From NCBI RefSeq assembly GCF_006345805.1, contig NC_043014.1, positions 18,848,001 to 18,912,000 of the forward strand: a stretch of DNA of 64,000 nucleotides, in the 5' to 3' direction. The stretch is from Octopus sinensis (Eukaryota). Positions 27,708 through 41,339 of this stretch are shown here, piece by piece. The notes under the pieces are model-generated. The model saw nothing but the letters and a program-made list of their open reading frames with translations, was not told the origin of the DNA and ran no database searches. The position numbers and the translations under genes were made by a program. Within the stretch, counting starts at the first letter, position 1. The number at the start of each line of letters is the position of its first letter.

Positions 27708-27904
27708 GCATATATGGGTAAAGAACATCCCCAGCCGTTCAAACAACATGAAATATATGAAAATACGGGTTGAATACATAAACGAGAAAAAATGTAGAAC
27801 AGGACAAATAAACACAGAGAAAGGGCCCTTCATCAGTCTGGCAACAGGACTTTGCACCATACCACACAAGCACGAGAACCCAGTCATTGCTCTCAGACCA
27901 TTTC

Positions 27905-28267
27905 TGTGACTACATAACCCCTACAATCTGCCCACTTAACTCCCCATAGTGTAACCCCCTTGGTTATTGTGTGGGGAGCAGTTGAACAAGTTACCAAGAA
28001 AACTCCATGTAACACCAAAGATGAACTGAAGGCAAGGATTATGGCAGCAAACACCGGAATAAGCAAGGAAGCCTTCCAGAAGAGTTCCTGGAGATTCCGA
28101 AGTTGTCTGGAGGCCATGATTGAAGCCAATGGCGATTTTATTTTATAAATTTACTCTATAGTATTTCAAGATATTTGTGTAATTTTGGTAGGTGTATCTG
28201 TTAAAATGAGATGTCAGTGCAATTTTCATTTTTGCGTAACTTAGACAACAATATATTTACCGAAATC

Positions 28268-28271
<4 letters not shown>
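27905..28271 (+). mobile_element. Tc1/mariner transposon 3' fragment (maT/DD37D-like C-terminus)
   Basis: Translates with frameshifts as ..PLNSP.CNPL..VWGAVEQVTKKTPCNTKDELKARIMAA..RFRSCLEAMIEANGDFI, then a 3' end abutting a TA run. Confidence 0.75.
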
Positions 28272-28331
<60 letters not shown>

Positions 28332-28332
<1 letters not shown>

Positions 28333-28711
28333 GACGTAAAGTGTACTAGCTATCTGAATGTGGCTAGCCACTGGGGTTGGGTGTTACTGAAGCTTATAGC
28401 CCCAGGAGATCATCGTCTCCAGCTGGCTTTAGACACACTTTCTGTGCCCTTCTGATATTCGCAAACAGGTCACTTCAATCGAAAATCGGTGATTACCGTA
28501 CGTTGACGAGAGGCAAGTACCTCGAAACTATAGTCCGTATGTATTACTTAGGTTTTCGAGAGGGGATGACCTTCCTTTGCGAATATCAGAAGGGCACAGA
28601 AAGTGTGTCTAAAGCCAGCTGGAGACGATGATCTCCTGGGGCTATAAGCTTCAGTAACACCCACCCCCAGTGGCTAGCCACATTCAGATGGCTAGTACAC
28701 TTTACGTTGTC
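28332..28711 (+). mobile_element. 380-bp ORF-less foldback element with about 134-bp inverted arms and a hammerhead in the loop
   Basis: Arms 28332-28465 and 28576-28711 are near-perfect reverse complements. Adjacent to a (TA)n run. A related tail occurs at 50790-50884. Confidence 0.85.
28497..28541 (+). ncRNA. Minimal type-I hammerhead ribozyme motif, U3 (U.G 3-8) variant
   Basis: CGTACG [I] TTGACGA [core] GAGG-caagta-CCTC [II] GAAAC-TATA-GTC [III with palindromic loop; GUC site] CGTATG [I]. Confidence 0.75.
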
Positions 28712-28774
28712 GAGCGGTTACTGTTTACATCTCGTTCGGAGATTTATTATATATATATATATATTCTGTTATTC

Positions 28775-29115
28775 TTTTACATGTTCCAGTCGTTTGACTG
28801 CGACCATTTTGGGGTACTGCCTTTTGACGAACCGCTATGTTACGTGGACGTAATTACACCAACATCGTTTGTCAAGCGATGGCGTTGGACAAACACACAC
28901 ACACAAACACACACATACACTCACACATACACACTCATAAATATATACATGTATATATGTGTACGAAGGGTTTCTCTTAGTTTCCGTTTACCAAATCCAC
29001 TGAGGCTTCGGTCGGCCCGTGGCTATATTAGAAGAGAATAAAGGTGCCACTCAGTGGAACTGAACACGGCACCATGTGGTTGGGAAACAGCTTCTTGCCA
29101 CACAATCACAGCTCT
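28775..29115 (-). mobile_element. SINE family A, diverged
   Basis: ccagtcgtttgactgcgacc..tttccgtttaccaaatccact..ggtgccactcagtggaactgaac..ccatgtggttggga. Confidence 0.75.
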
Positions 29116-29302
29116 GTTCTATGAACCACGCCTGCGCATTATACGCAACGGCTGCGTAGTATAAGCCAAGCCTACGCACCATATATTTTTTGTGTCCATA
29201 CCTGCCCGCGCGCGCGTTTGTGTCTATGTATAAACCTATGTAGGTATACATATATATATATGTATATATATATATACATACATATACATACATATATATA
29301 TA

Positions 29303-29470
29303 TGTAATTATTATTAAAATTATAATTTAGGGTATCTAAAAGATACCACCGCGCTGGAAATAGCAGACAAAATTTGACTCTAAAGCCACTTTAAAAGTTT
29401 TGGCTGCTATTTCCAGCGTTATAATATCTCTTAGATACCCTAAATTATAATTTTACTAATAATTATTACA
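29303..29470. repeat. Short foldback or MITE-like inverted repeat (about 70-bp arms)
   Basis: tgtaattattattaaaattataatttagggtatctaa..cgctggaaatagcagacaaaa versus ttttggctgctatttccagcg..ttagataccctaaattataattttactaataattattaca. Confidence 0.7.
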
Positions 29471-29540
29471 TTTGAAGGTTTTTATTCCTATGCTGGCTAC
29501 CGATAAGATCTGTATTTAAATAACGATCTTATCCATATTG

Positions 29541-29615
<75 letters not shown>

Positions 29616-30674
29616 ATACATGTATATATACGAGTATATATATATATACATATATACATATGTATATATATACATACATAAATACATATATATATATACA
29701 TACATATATATATATGTGTATGTGTGTGTGTGTAAGTGTGTGTGTATATGGGGGCCCATTTATAAATGCGCGCACATACACATCGGCAAGAAATTTAGAG
29801 AGCGAAATAATGAGAATAGGAGCAGACCGTCATAGATGAGATTTGGTGTAGTCTTATCATGTGAGAAAGGTGATAGAAATGATGTACAAAAATTAATCTG
29901 GTCTGAGAGTCATGCAAAGGAGTCGGTTATAATTAATTACGTGCCTGCATGAACTTTCTTTCGGAAAAATGCCATTGTAAAATTGGAAGAATTTCCTCGC
30001 TTAAAGATGTTGTCAATTTACATCAATCTTATGTGACCCTAGGTTCATGTGACGAGAGATGATTCTAAAATCATAATCGGAGAAATATTGCAATTATTCT
30101 TTGATACGTTTATATCTCGTAAATTGGAAGCTGCGAAATCATTTATTCTTGAATGCATTTCGCCTAACAGAAATGGGCTCAACATCAAATTCATATCGAA
30201 ATCAAATTTAATATCTTGATGGACTTATATAAACCAATAAATACTTAACAAGGTAGATTGTTATAATGTTATGAAATCCTACATATACCCTCCGTATTAG
30301 CGAAAATTATATTGCAATTTGCAATATGTAAATATATTTACATTCATTTCGAGCGCAATACGTACAAATCGTTATACGTGACGTTGACGAGTTACAAATC
30401 AGTAACCGTCTCACATAGTAATACAAATGATGAAATTTGTCATTGATGCATGCCCGAATTTCGGTAGGGGGATAATAAGGAGCTGAACTCACCTAGTAAA
30501 TAAACGGGTTTATATTTGAAAAATGATAAATGATGCCCTCTGAATAGAAGAAATTCCTAAGAGTGGTAAAACTGTTTATATGGGAAAGTTCCATTTATGA
30601 AAATTCCATATGCAGCAAAAAATTGGTTAAATTATCTGATACGCGGAAAGTCTCAGTGCTCTCCTCAATTCGTG

Positions 30675-31372
30675 CTGGAAGATGGTTATGTAGTAAGAAG
30701 TTTGCTTCCCAATCACATGGCTTCAGGTTCAGATTCCACGGCATGGCACCTTAGACAAGTATCTTCTACTGCAACATTTACTAAAACCTTGTGAGTAGAT
30801 GACACCAAATGAAGCCCGCCGAATATAAATAGGTAGAAAAAATAGTATTCGAATGCCGAAAGTAGGAGTATAAGTTGCTTTTTTTCCCTTAAAGCTGCAA
30901 AAATATCACAAAATTGTTACTCAGAGTTTCACGCATCCGTTCTTCGGGAAGTTATTTCCATTTGTCGGACAGTCTTGATCACAGCTGTGTGATGAATGGA
31001 AACGTGAAGCACTGAGTAACAATTTTGTGAGGTTTTTACAGCTTTAAGATATATATATATTATATGTATGCATGTATGTATGTATGTATGTATTATGTAT
31101 GTATGTATGTATGTATGTATGTATGTATGTATGTATGTATGTATGTGTGTCTTTATGTGTGGCCTTTGTATCCTACCACCGCTTGACAACCAGTGTCTTG
31201 GTTTGTCTTTGACTCTCTAATTTAGCGATTCTGCAATGCCCTCTCCCAAATAGAATGAGCACCAGGCTTAAAAATAAATACTATTGTCGATCTATTCAAC
31301 TAAAAACTCTCCACGGCAGTGGTGTCCCAGAATGACCGAAGTTTAATGACTGAAACAGGCAAGGTGTTTATA
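30675..31372 (+). mobile_element. SINE family A interrupted by an insertion in its microsatellite linker
   Basis: Head at about 30675-30825 (gtagtaagaagtttgcttcccaatcacatgg..) and tail at about 31145-31372 (..cagaatgaccgaagtttaatgactgaaacagg). Confidence 0.7.
30888..31048. repeat. Foldback element (about 50-bp arms) nested in the SINE
   Basis: cttaaagctgcaaaaatatcacaaaattgttactcagagtttcacg versus cgtgaagcactgagtaacaattttgtgaggtttttacagctttaag. The loop contains a decayed TGATGA..GAAAC. Confidence 0.7.
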
Positions 31373-31399
31373 AATATATAGGTTTGTATGTATTACTGC

Positions 31400-31691
31400 A
31401 CCAGATCTATTCACAAGATTTAGCACATGCGGACTTCCATCTTTTCCCTAAGATGAAAGTACAGTTCAAAAGTCAGCGTTTTAACACCGTTGTCACGAAC
31501 CGCAGAAGGACCACGACTCGCTTACGAGAATGACTTCCAAGCCAGATTCCAAAAGTGGCAGGAACGCAGGTACCGGTGTATTGTTACACAAGGTGACTAT
31601 TTCTAAGGACATGATGTTAAAACTTAGTTAAAACCAAGTTATTTTTAATCAGACATAACTAGTTCGGGAACATTTCGAAGCCATTTCGGTA
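31400..31691 (+). mobile_element. Mariner (DD34D-type) transposon 3' fragment with right TIR
   Basis: YSQDLAHADFHLFPKMKVQFKSQRFNT (cf. YSPDLAP) and ENDFQARFQKWQERRYRCIVTQGDYF. Ends agttcgggaacatttcgaagccatttcgg-TA. Confidence 0.8.
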
Positions 31692-33309
31692 TGCATAAGT
31701 GAGTGATTGGATAAAAGAAACCGTCAACAATGCAAAGATACACATTGTATTTGAAATAAATGTCACCCATTGCAGTCTATTGACATTTTGGGCACTCGAC
31801 TCCTTCTCTTGGGAATATAAACGAAGACAAAGTTGAAACAAATCATAAATCCATTTTAGCGAGTACAGAAGCCAGTAAGAATGTATACGTAATCCCTCCA
31901 CCGATATTTACTCAGACCCGGGTATAGAAATACATATATATGTATAAATACTTAATATATATACGCACGTACAGACATACATACTCACAATTACACACAC
32001 ATGCATATATGTTCTAAAATCCGTGTTCCTTGGAACCCTTATTTTTGTCTGCTGGCATAAAAAACTAATTAACTTTTGCAACAATTTTCTGTAACTCTTT
32101 GAAAGAGGTCACTGAATTTTGTTTGGCAACAAAAGAGTTTCTGTTTAATAATCGTTGAAAGTACTAGGTGTTAACTCAAGAACGCGAAACTATGTGAAAC
32201 TGCCATTATGTAATAACTGATATCATGAAAGATGAAGTTGTCCAACCATTTACTATGTCTGAGAGTGAGGTTATATTATTGAAACAAAATAAACTTCAGA
32301 GAAATGTGTAATGCAATAATTAGGTTTGTGAGAAAAATATATAAACAGTATAATATAATATTTATAGTCATAAAATAAAGTAGTTTCACTGACGTCTAGT
32401 CTAGACACCGCTATTTGCATTGGAAATATGACTGAAGTGATATCGTAAAGAATAATCTAGTATCAAAACCTATAAAATAATATTTTTTATGATCTAGTCA
32501 TGAGAAGCGGCCATGAACTCTGTACACCTTTCAAAGCCGGAAAGATTGATGTGGGTAATATTCACCTTGAACATTAGAAAGTCAAATGTCTTCAGGTAGA
32601 ACATTAGTGTGAAGAATATTTCTGGGTGTTGACTCTCAGAGATTGCGTGTAGTTATTTATGCAGATCCGCCTTACTCACAGAGCGGTTTGAGACGCTCTA
32701 TATGTGAGAAGCGTAGAATCTCGACTCTGCTCATGGTGCGTCTCATGTAGCACGTAACGTGAAGATGATATCCACCTAATAAGCTCCGAAGGACAGAGAC
32801 CGTTGTAGCTGTGATAGGAAGTGGTTTTTTTAAGTGCGAGAAAGAATGAAATATACAGATGAGTTAACTTTGTTGTTCAGTGTTCTGGCTTTCTGTGAGA
32901 TGTGATCAGAGCATGTGTGTGCGTATCAGCAGCACGTTCACAGATGTGTCAGTGAAGCAATATTACACTCAATGCTTGTCCCATTGAGCTATTAGTACCC
33001 CTTTCTTATCGGTAGAAGTACCTTGTGTTAATGTATTCTGATAAATGAGAAGCATGTGCCTAAATGTACAAAACAACTGAGTAAAAAATATGGATGTCGG
33101 CATCCTCTAGAAGAAAGTTTTTGTTAGAAACTTGTCCATTACATTTGCTCCTATACGAGGAAAAGAATATTATTAACAACATTATAACCTAAAACACGAT
33201 GGTAAAATATAATAAACAAGGCTGCAAGCTCACAAACCTCCATCAATCAATCCATCCATCCATCCATTCATATATACATACATACATACATACATACATA
33301 CATACATAC

Positions 33310-33388
<79 letters not shown>

Positions 33389-33863
33389 AATAACATTAGT
33401 CGTAAAATAGAAGTATGTCATCGCATTTTAAATATACATATATTGTTGGCGGGAAATATTTTTGTAGATTTCGTGAATTTCAAAATAATAACACAAACCA
33501 TATTAAAAAATGTGTTGTAATACTTGTAAGATATATAGACGTTTCAGTGGGACCGCGGGTATACATTCAATTCTTATTTTTTACTGATTTAACTTATGGG
33601 ACTTTGGGCCGCGTTGTGCAAATTCTTCAGCTGGTTGCTCTCTCATTTCGACTTCACTAATTGTTCCAGTCGACTGCATATTTTATCGAACATCATTTGT
33701 CAGTCCATGAGGTTACGGAACATAGGACAGATGCATATGTACAGATAAAATCACACATACTGTCATTATTAAGTATGATATATAAATGTATATATGAGTG
33801 TTTGCGTGTGTGTATGTGTATTTGTTTATATAAGGCATGCGCAAGTTCGTATCTATCTATCTA

Positions 33864-33901
<38 letters not shown>

Positions 33902-33967
33902 GTACATATACATATACATGTGTGCAAGTGTGCGTGTATGTGCATGTTTGTGCGTGTCTGGCATATA

Positions 33968-34034
<67 letters not shown>

Positions 34035-35244
34035 GATTATACATACGACACATACGTTTTATGTTGCTCCTGCAACATAAAACGTATATATAAGACATAT
34101 AGGTAAGTGGTTGCAAAGCGAACTTGCAAGCGTCACGTGAATGGCGTTTTTTAGAGGAGGGAGGGTGGTGTTTATTTGTCCTCAGCAGGGCCTTGAACAC
34201 CGGGAGCAACAATCTACAACAGACAGAATGCTATTGTAGACACTATCATATTAAGATATCGAGCCTTTAAAAGTGTGGCCTTCGTTAATTGTATCCAAAA
34301 GTCCAGTGGTGGTCGATGGTGTTTAATTGGGTGACGGATCAAGTGTGTTGTCTGAAGAACATTTATCGTCCAACACTGAGTTACTCTATTTTATTACCCT
34401 TTCATCTTCGTAACTATTTAAACGTAGAATAGATTCGACACTCAAATACACGGACACTACACACATACATGTGTATGCACGCACAAACACACAGAAACGC
34501 AAAACACATTGATACGCACACTCACATAAAAAGTAAAACGGAATGGTCACGGAAGAAACGACATTGGATCAATGGATTAATGGGTCAGATCAGGATTGTT
34601 GCTCTGCCAAACAACAACAACAACAATGCTTACTCATACTTGTTGATGTTGTTTAGCTCTAGATCAACTCTAATAGGAAACATTCCAGCAGTGACCATCC
34701 TGTCATTCCAGACATAGTTTATCCTAACCATATGTCCTTCGTTCTTTTCATCTTAACATAGCAGTGTGTGATTTGAGAAATATTTGACTGCTATTTCTAG
34801 CAAGTTGGGTGATTGCAGTAAGGCTTCTACTTCAGTTCGTAGCTTCACTTAGTCTATAAACGTGTTTGTATTAGCAATGTAGCCAATAGGTTAACATCTG
34901 TGAGTGAAAGAGTGTCTTAGAGAACAAAAGAATACAGAATTATATAATAACTGAAGTAGACAAAAATATAAGAAAGAACTCTACTAATTCTAATACAGTT
35001 TATAAAATGAAGTAGTTTTATTGTCCACACGTGTGATTCTGTCACGAAATCTGTCCCCCAGTCTAGTACGTGAGTTTGGGGACTAGTTTCATTCAAATGT
35101 TTAAATAAATGAAGAAGTATATAAAATAAATAGATAAAATTCTTTTAAATGAGAAATTATAATTCACATAACGGAAAAACTACACGTTACAAAAAAAAAA
35201 GAATTAAAAATTTACGACAAAAATAATAATAGTTTAATGGTTTT

Positions 35245-35430
35245 AAATTTTGGCACAAAACCTGCAAGTTAGGGGGAGGGGTAAGTCGATTACATCGACC
35301 CCAGTCCTCGACTGGCGCTTATCTTATCGATCCTGAAATAATGAAAGGTAAAGTCGATGTCGGCGGAATTTAAGATCAGAAAATAAAATAGGAACGAAAT
35401 GCTGCTCACCATCTCGCCTACTCACCGCCT
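35245..35430 (-). mobile_element. SINE family C copy
   Basis: ttttggcacaaaacctgc..aagtcgattacatcgacccc..atgaaaggtaaagtcgatgtcggcggaattt..ccgcc. The minus strand gives a tRNA-like head and an AT-rich tail. Confidence 0.75.
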
Positions 35431-35434
35431 TATC

Positions 35435-35467
<33 letters not shown>

Positions 35468-35470
<3 letters not shown>

Positions 35471-35680
35471 CATTTCTACTAAAGGCACAAGGCCTGAAAT
35501 TTTGAGGGAGGAGGCTAGTCGAATACATCGACTCTAGTGTTCGAGAGGAACATATTTTATCGACCCCGGAAAGATGAAAGATAAAGTTGACCTTAGGGAA
35601 ATTTGAACTCAGAAAGTAAGGACAGACGAAATGCCGCTGAGCATTTTTTCCCAGCGAGCTAACATTTTGCCAGCTCTCAC
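35468..35680 (-). mobile_element. SINE family C copy, in tandem with the previous one
   Basis: tttctactaaaggcacaaggcctgaaatttt..ttatcgaccccggaaagatgaaag..aatttgaactcagaa..gacgaaatgccgctgagcatt..gccagctc. The (AAT)n at 35434-35470 is its tail. Confidence 0.8.
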
Positions 35681-35704
35681 AGTAGTAATAATATAAATAA
35701 ATAA

Positions 35705-38140
35705 ATAGAATCCCCAATAGCGGAGAGGTCCACTTATGGTAATCCGGAGTAAGCTCCACACAAAAATCCCGGATTATTCTGCCATCTCTAAGGCACGGAG
35801 AAGTACCCTCTTCCAGTTTCTTTCCTCTTGCTTAAAAAAGCATGTTCAGAGTAGATCCATTCAGTCTCACCGGTCTTGCCACTGAAAAGCTCCTTTTGAT
35901 AAACACACTAAAAGACTGCACCTCCTTCTCTACCCTCACTTTCCTGTTCAAATGATATTTGAAGAAATTGATGAGGGCTTGATCAGAAAGGAGTGTGTCT
36001 GTCTTCAAACCTTTCAGATGGGTCCATCACACAGCCTCTTTTGCCACAGCCACCAGGCAGAGAGAAAGACCAGAAAAACCAGGGAAGATGGTGCGTCGAT
36101 CTTCACTGTACACTCAGCAGACAGCTCAATTCGTTTTATACGCGACAACAGCTGCACCATACAATCCCATAACTCTCTAATTCATGGACATAAATTATTG
36201 CATGCAGGACGGTTTCGTTTCCCTGAAAGCATCTCCGGCAGGTTTGGCGATTGGCACTTCCATGTCTGAAGAGTTTGTTTCGAACGGGCAATGCCTATCT
36301 GCAGCACTACCAAGCTAAAAACTTTTGGAAATTGTCCATGATCTTCGAAATGAAGGTCTCCTGGAAGCGACTACTTAGACTGTTCTCCTCTATGCCTAGA
36401 TTCAGTCCTAGGCCATCATCATTCGTACCCTCAACTATACCCCTAGAGAAATATTGGGTTGCTTTCCCGCTAAGGGTTTTAGGCAGCTGGTACAATGCAG
36501 TGAGCGCCAGGCAACATTCTAGATGCCAAACTCCCAACCTTGGCCTACGTTAGACCCATGGCTGCAGCTCTGTCAATGAGATGAATTCCTGAAAGATGTG
36601 TCACATGAAAGACGCCACACCAGTTCATCCTTATTTTCACCGTCGTCGTCCACATCATCGTAGTGATTCTTATATTTCTGTAGGCGCGACAACCTCAAAG
36701 CGTGGCGTAGTGTCATTAAGGATTGCATCCCAAGACCACCACGGTGTGGGTGTTGACAGCAAATGAATTTTCTGACATGCGGAACCAGACCCTTCCATAA
36801 GAATCGGAAAAGCAAGAGCTCCAATCTGCTCAGAGTTTTCTTAGGACAAGGCGCGATTCCTAGGCGGCAGTACACTGCCGAGGCGATATATGCATTCGCT
36901 ACTTCCATGCGGCCTTTCAGAGGCGGCTTCCTCACTGCCGATTTCTGGGTGAGCTTGGCTACTCTAGTTATCACCTCTTACCAGTTCCTATATATCTGGA
37001 GACCCAAGCACTTCCGCTGGACACTCCGTCCAGCGACAGAAATCGCAACTAGTTGACTTGCTTCTCCAAGATCCCAGTTATAGACCTACTGACTTGTCCT
37101 GGTTTATGAGTGCTCCCGTGCATCCTTGATATTCTTTCAGTATAGTGTCGATAGTTTCTATGCCTGAAATTCTCCATCCTTCGCAGCAGGGGTTCTAAAG
37201 CTACAATATATAAAAGAAGGGAGAGGAACAGTACATTTTACACTCCCTCCACTGAAATCAGCTTTTTGCAGCACTTGATATCATTGTAAGATAGGCGCGG
37301 CATACCCTCGAGGTAAGCCTTAAAGCCCGCTGTGTCAAGAATGCCTCTCCTCGAAAACAGGTCGGCGAAATGCTGTCGAACCACTGCGCTCATCTATTTG
37401 GAATCGGAGCGTACAAGGCTACACCTCCTCCAGGCAGTATTCTATTTCAGCTGGGGAAGGATATAGCAGCTTTCTCTCTCTGCGATTAATGCATTTATAA
37501 ATTATCGTTCTCTTTTGGGTGGAAAACCTTTCCTCTTCTGGGAAAGCCATGACACCAGGTTAAATGATATCTTTCTGATATTTTTCAACTGCTTCCGGTT
37601 TCCCTTGCAAGGAATGAGTGATCCCATGTATTTATTATATTTGTGAAGGAATTTTTTTTCTTTCTGATGTGTATTCTCGTTATTGTCTTCGTAAATAGCA
37701 TTACTATTCATATTGTTGTAGAAGTCAGCACTTTTATTGATGCTATTGCTGCTGCTGATAGTTATAATATTATCGTTGGTGTTGCTACTGGTTTCGTTAC
37801 AACTGTTATTATTGTCGATGTTGTTCTTGCCGATGCCGTTATTGTTGTTGCTGAAGTTGTCACGTCTCATGCTGGTACTAGTGGTCTTGTCTTGGCTGTT
37901 GGCGATGTTGTTGATGTTGGTGGTGCTATTGTCTGTAGATTCCTTGCAAAAGTCAAAGGGAGTGGCGATCGATACGCTTGGTTGATTACTGTGCATAGGG
38001 TCGATTGAATACAAGGAAGTAGATACATTTTCTCCTACACCCATTCCTCTATTTAGACAGCTGCTGGCCATGTTGTGAAAAAGGAGAGATTGAAATATAT
38101 GTCCAAGAAAGTTTTGGGAACGGGCTTTCCAGGTCATACT
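35705..38140 (-). mobile_element. Tx1/L1-clade LINE, internally deleted and decayed (ORF1-like 5' part plus ORF2 remnants)
   Basis: ORF 36573-36974 ([35 protein letters not shown]) is homologous to 4899-5040. RT remnant CPLSPFFYILALEPLLRR near 37170-37230. Asn-rich ORF 37502-38137 ends with a K..GSLIPCKG..NIRKISF ORF1-like segment. Confidence 0.8.
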
Positions 38141-38380
38141 TAGAAAGGCTTATTATTAGGCTAGCAGATAGGTTTAGCACAAGTTGCCCATATTTTCAGA
38201 TCGTTGGCTATTCAGATCACAAATTCGAAATTGAAATGGAGTGAAAATCTTTCAGAAGATACTTGGATACAACCGCCAAACAATAATTACAATATCAGCG
38301 GCCGAAAACGGCAAAATACAAGCAAAATTAGAGAAAACTCACCAGCAATGATTCCAACGTGGTATCCAGGTGTGAAACCA

Positions 38381-38478
<98 letters not shown>
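38381..38478. repeat. (TAC)n(TAA)n microsatellite
   Basis: Directly visible. Confidence 0.95.
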
Positions 38479-38499
38479 TTGGGCTGCAGTGAATATTCT

Positions 38500-39116
38500 G
38501 CTCAATACCAAAGATTTGCTTGTCAGTTGTTTGACCTTAACTAGATGAGCATGTCCCTTAGTGGCTGACGATACGTACATCACTGGTCACGATCAGAAAT
38601 AGTAGGGGATCATCATTATCATGTATTGAGAGGAATTCTTTGGGGTTTGAATAATACAACTCTGGAAACAGGTGTTTCGTTCAACATCCTTAAACAACTC
38701 TTATTCAGGGACCCTTTGAGCGGGATGGGCTACTCGACCTCAAGAAAATTCAAATTGGGCTCCACCTGCAAGATCATGCACTGTTTATCTTTATATAAGA
38801 TCACCATGTCGCGCACATATGGTAGGGATGCATGTGCCTGGTGCACCCTTATCAGACGGGTAGTCCTGATGGGTATACTGGGCTTCGTATATTTTACCCC
38901 AGTGTCACTTTGATGGCATGCACTACTCTCTCACTCAACAACAACAACAACAACAATAACAACAACAACAACAGCAACAACAACAACAGCAACAACAACA
39001 ACAACAATAATAATAATAATAATAACAACAACAACAACAATAACAACATAAACGACATCAACAACAATAACAACAACAACAACAACAATAATAATAATAA
39101 TAATAATAATAATAAT
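38500..39116 (+). mobile_element. Retroposon 3' end with long (AAC/AAT)n tail (family unassigned)
   Basis: Non-coding body ending cagtgtcactttgatggcatgcactactctctcactc, followed directly by about 180 bp of AAC/AAT repeats, typical of a LINE or SINE tail. Confidence 0.5.
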
Positions 39117-39322
39117 CCTTTATATTATAGGCCCGAAATTTTGGGTGTGGGGTTAAGTCGATTACATCGACCCCAGTACCCAACTGGTAATTATTTTATC
39201 GATCGAAAGCATGAAGAGCAAAGTCGGCTTCGGTGGAATTTTGAACTCAGAACGTAATGACGGACGAAATGCCGAAAAGTACTTTGCTCGGCGTGCTAAT
39301 GATTCTGCCAGGTAGCCTCCTT
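39117..39322 (-). mobile_element. SINE family C copy
   Basis: taagtcgattacatcgaccccagtacccaactggtaattattttatcgatcgaaagcatgaagagcaaagtcggcttcggtggaattttgaactcagaacgt..gattctgccagg. Confidence 0.8.
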
Positions 39323-41276
39323 AATAATAATAATGATAATAATTACATGGCTGACATTAAATGAACGTTTGTGTCGTGGATATGCTCAACAGATTAGCAG
39401 GATTGGAGACGAAATTGATGGCTAAACCTGCTTGAAATAGCAAATTTCAGCCAAATCTCATCTAAATAATGAAGTAATGATATTATCTTTTCTGAAATAA
39501 AAGTGGATGAATAAGAATGAAATATCATTAGTCAAATACAAGTCTGCTCTGTGAGACATGGTCTATCTCTTAACTTACTATAGAATGGCATCATGTTTGT
39601 GATCACTTGACTAGCTAGAAATAGCAACCAAATCACTTTAAATCTTCACTTACTACTCTGTGAATAATTAAAAGAACATTAAAGAAAGATGAAACGCTAC
39701 ACGCTGAAGAGTTTTGGGTCATAGGTATGTTAAATTAAGTTGAAATAGGATTAAACAACAACTATACTATATAAATTGTAATGAGAATATGAAGTATTTA
39801 AACTGCTTACATCGATTTCAGTGATGCGCATCAATTGTGGACTGTACAGGTTGGGATTTGACCCCATCATTTGTGACCTTTTTGATAATTGTACATCCCA
39901 TGATATAGCCTCCTTCCATTGTGGACACTGTGATGTCTGTATCGCCCCCTTCACCTTTAATTACAATTGTGACCCCCTCTGTTGACAGTAGAGCCCACTC
40001 CAATATCCTTCAATCACATAAACTTGGTTTAATCTGCATCTCATTCCATATGATAATTTAACTGTGGCCTCTGTGATGTCAGTACATGCCATTGCATCTC
40101 TTCTTTCAGAAGAAGAATCTTTGATGACTTGAACCGCGGGATTGTTGAGGTTTATGGACATAGCCAGTGTACTCTTAAGTAGCGAAGTTAAGATTTGTCC
40201 TATTTACAGAAATTCCATACTGCTCGCTCACTCATTATTGTAATTCCCATGACGAATATATTATGAACTCATTTAACAATGTATTTGGCACACTATCTTA
40301 AGTATGTTAGCCAACACGTAGCGACATGTTTCGGTATTTTTCTTTTTATTCAGAAGGCAGTGATGAGAATTTTTTCTCTCTCAGGTGAAAGTGCCTAATC
40401 AGCGTAACTCATACTGACGAAAAAACTAAACACTATCTAAATATTAGTATCAATATATATACTTCACTGAAAAGAAATACCAAAACCAAACCAGGTCTCG
40501 AGTTTTCACTCAATCATCAGCGCATATATTCATAACATTTACAATCAACGCAAAGGATTTTGTTCATATGACGGGTTCAGTTAACTTAGATTACTTTTGG
40601 CTCACTAAATTATGTCAAGCGGCATGGAAATACATATAACTAAGGTATATACTGACAAATTCATAATTTATGCTAATTTTCTGTTTACATCTCGTTATTT
40701 TGTTCGCGTCTTTCGACTCCTATATCTACTTGCACCAGTTGTATACTTGAAGCGTCTTTCATTATAGTTTACTTTTTATCAATGTTTGAAATATAGTCAT
40801 GCTGTAGCACTGACGCCTTTTTCAGGCTGCAATTACCTTTTTCAGGCTGCAATACACTCTCTTTACTCTTTTACTTGTTGCGTCTCGCTGAATCCTACTT
40901 CATTCCTGGTGAAAGTGACTGTGTTTGGATTGTCAGAGTATTGCTTACGACACAACTTAGCTTTTCAGAGAGGGACAACACCACTGAGAAGAATCCAGTA
41001 CTTGACCGGTACTTAATATTTTGTCTCGGTAGATCAAAGTGTACAGCTAATCTTTGTGGGATTTGAACTCCGTGTGCATGGAGTTAATTGCGTGACGATA
41101 TTGTATTCGATGCTCTAACGACACTTTAAGTAGCTAGTTACAGATTGCATATCACGTTATATCTTGTGTTATGCATAGGTACATAAATGAAAGCTTGCAT
41201 ACGTACTTACATACACACATATATACATTCATATATACATCATACATACATACAAACATATGCTTATATACAAATA

Positions 41277-41320
<44 letters not shown>

Positions 41321-41339
41321 AGCATGTATGTATACATGT

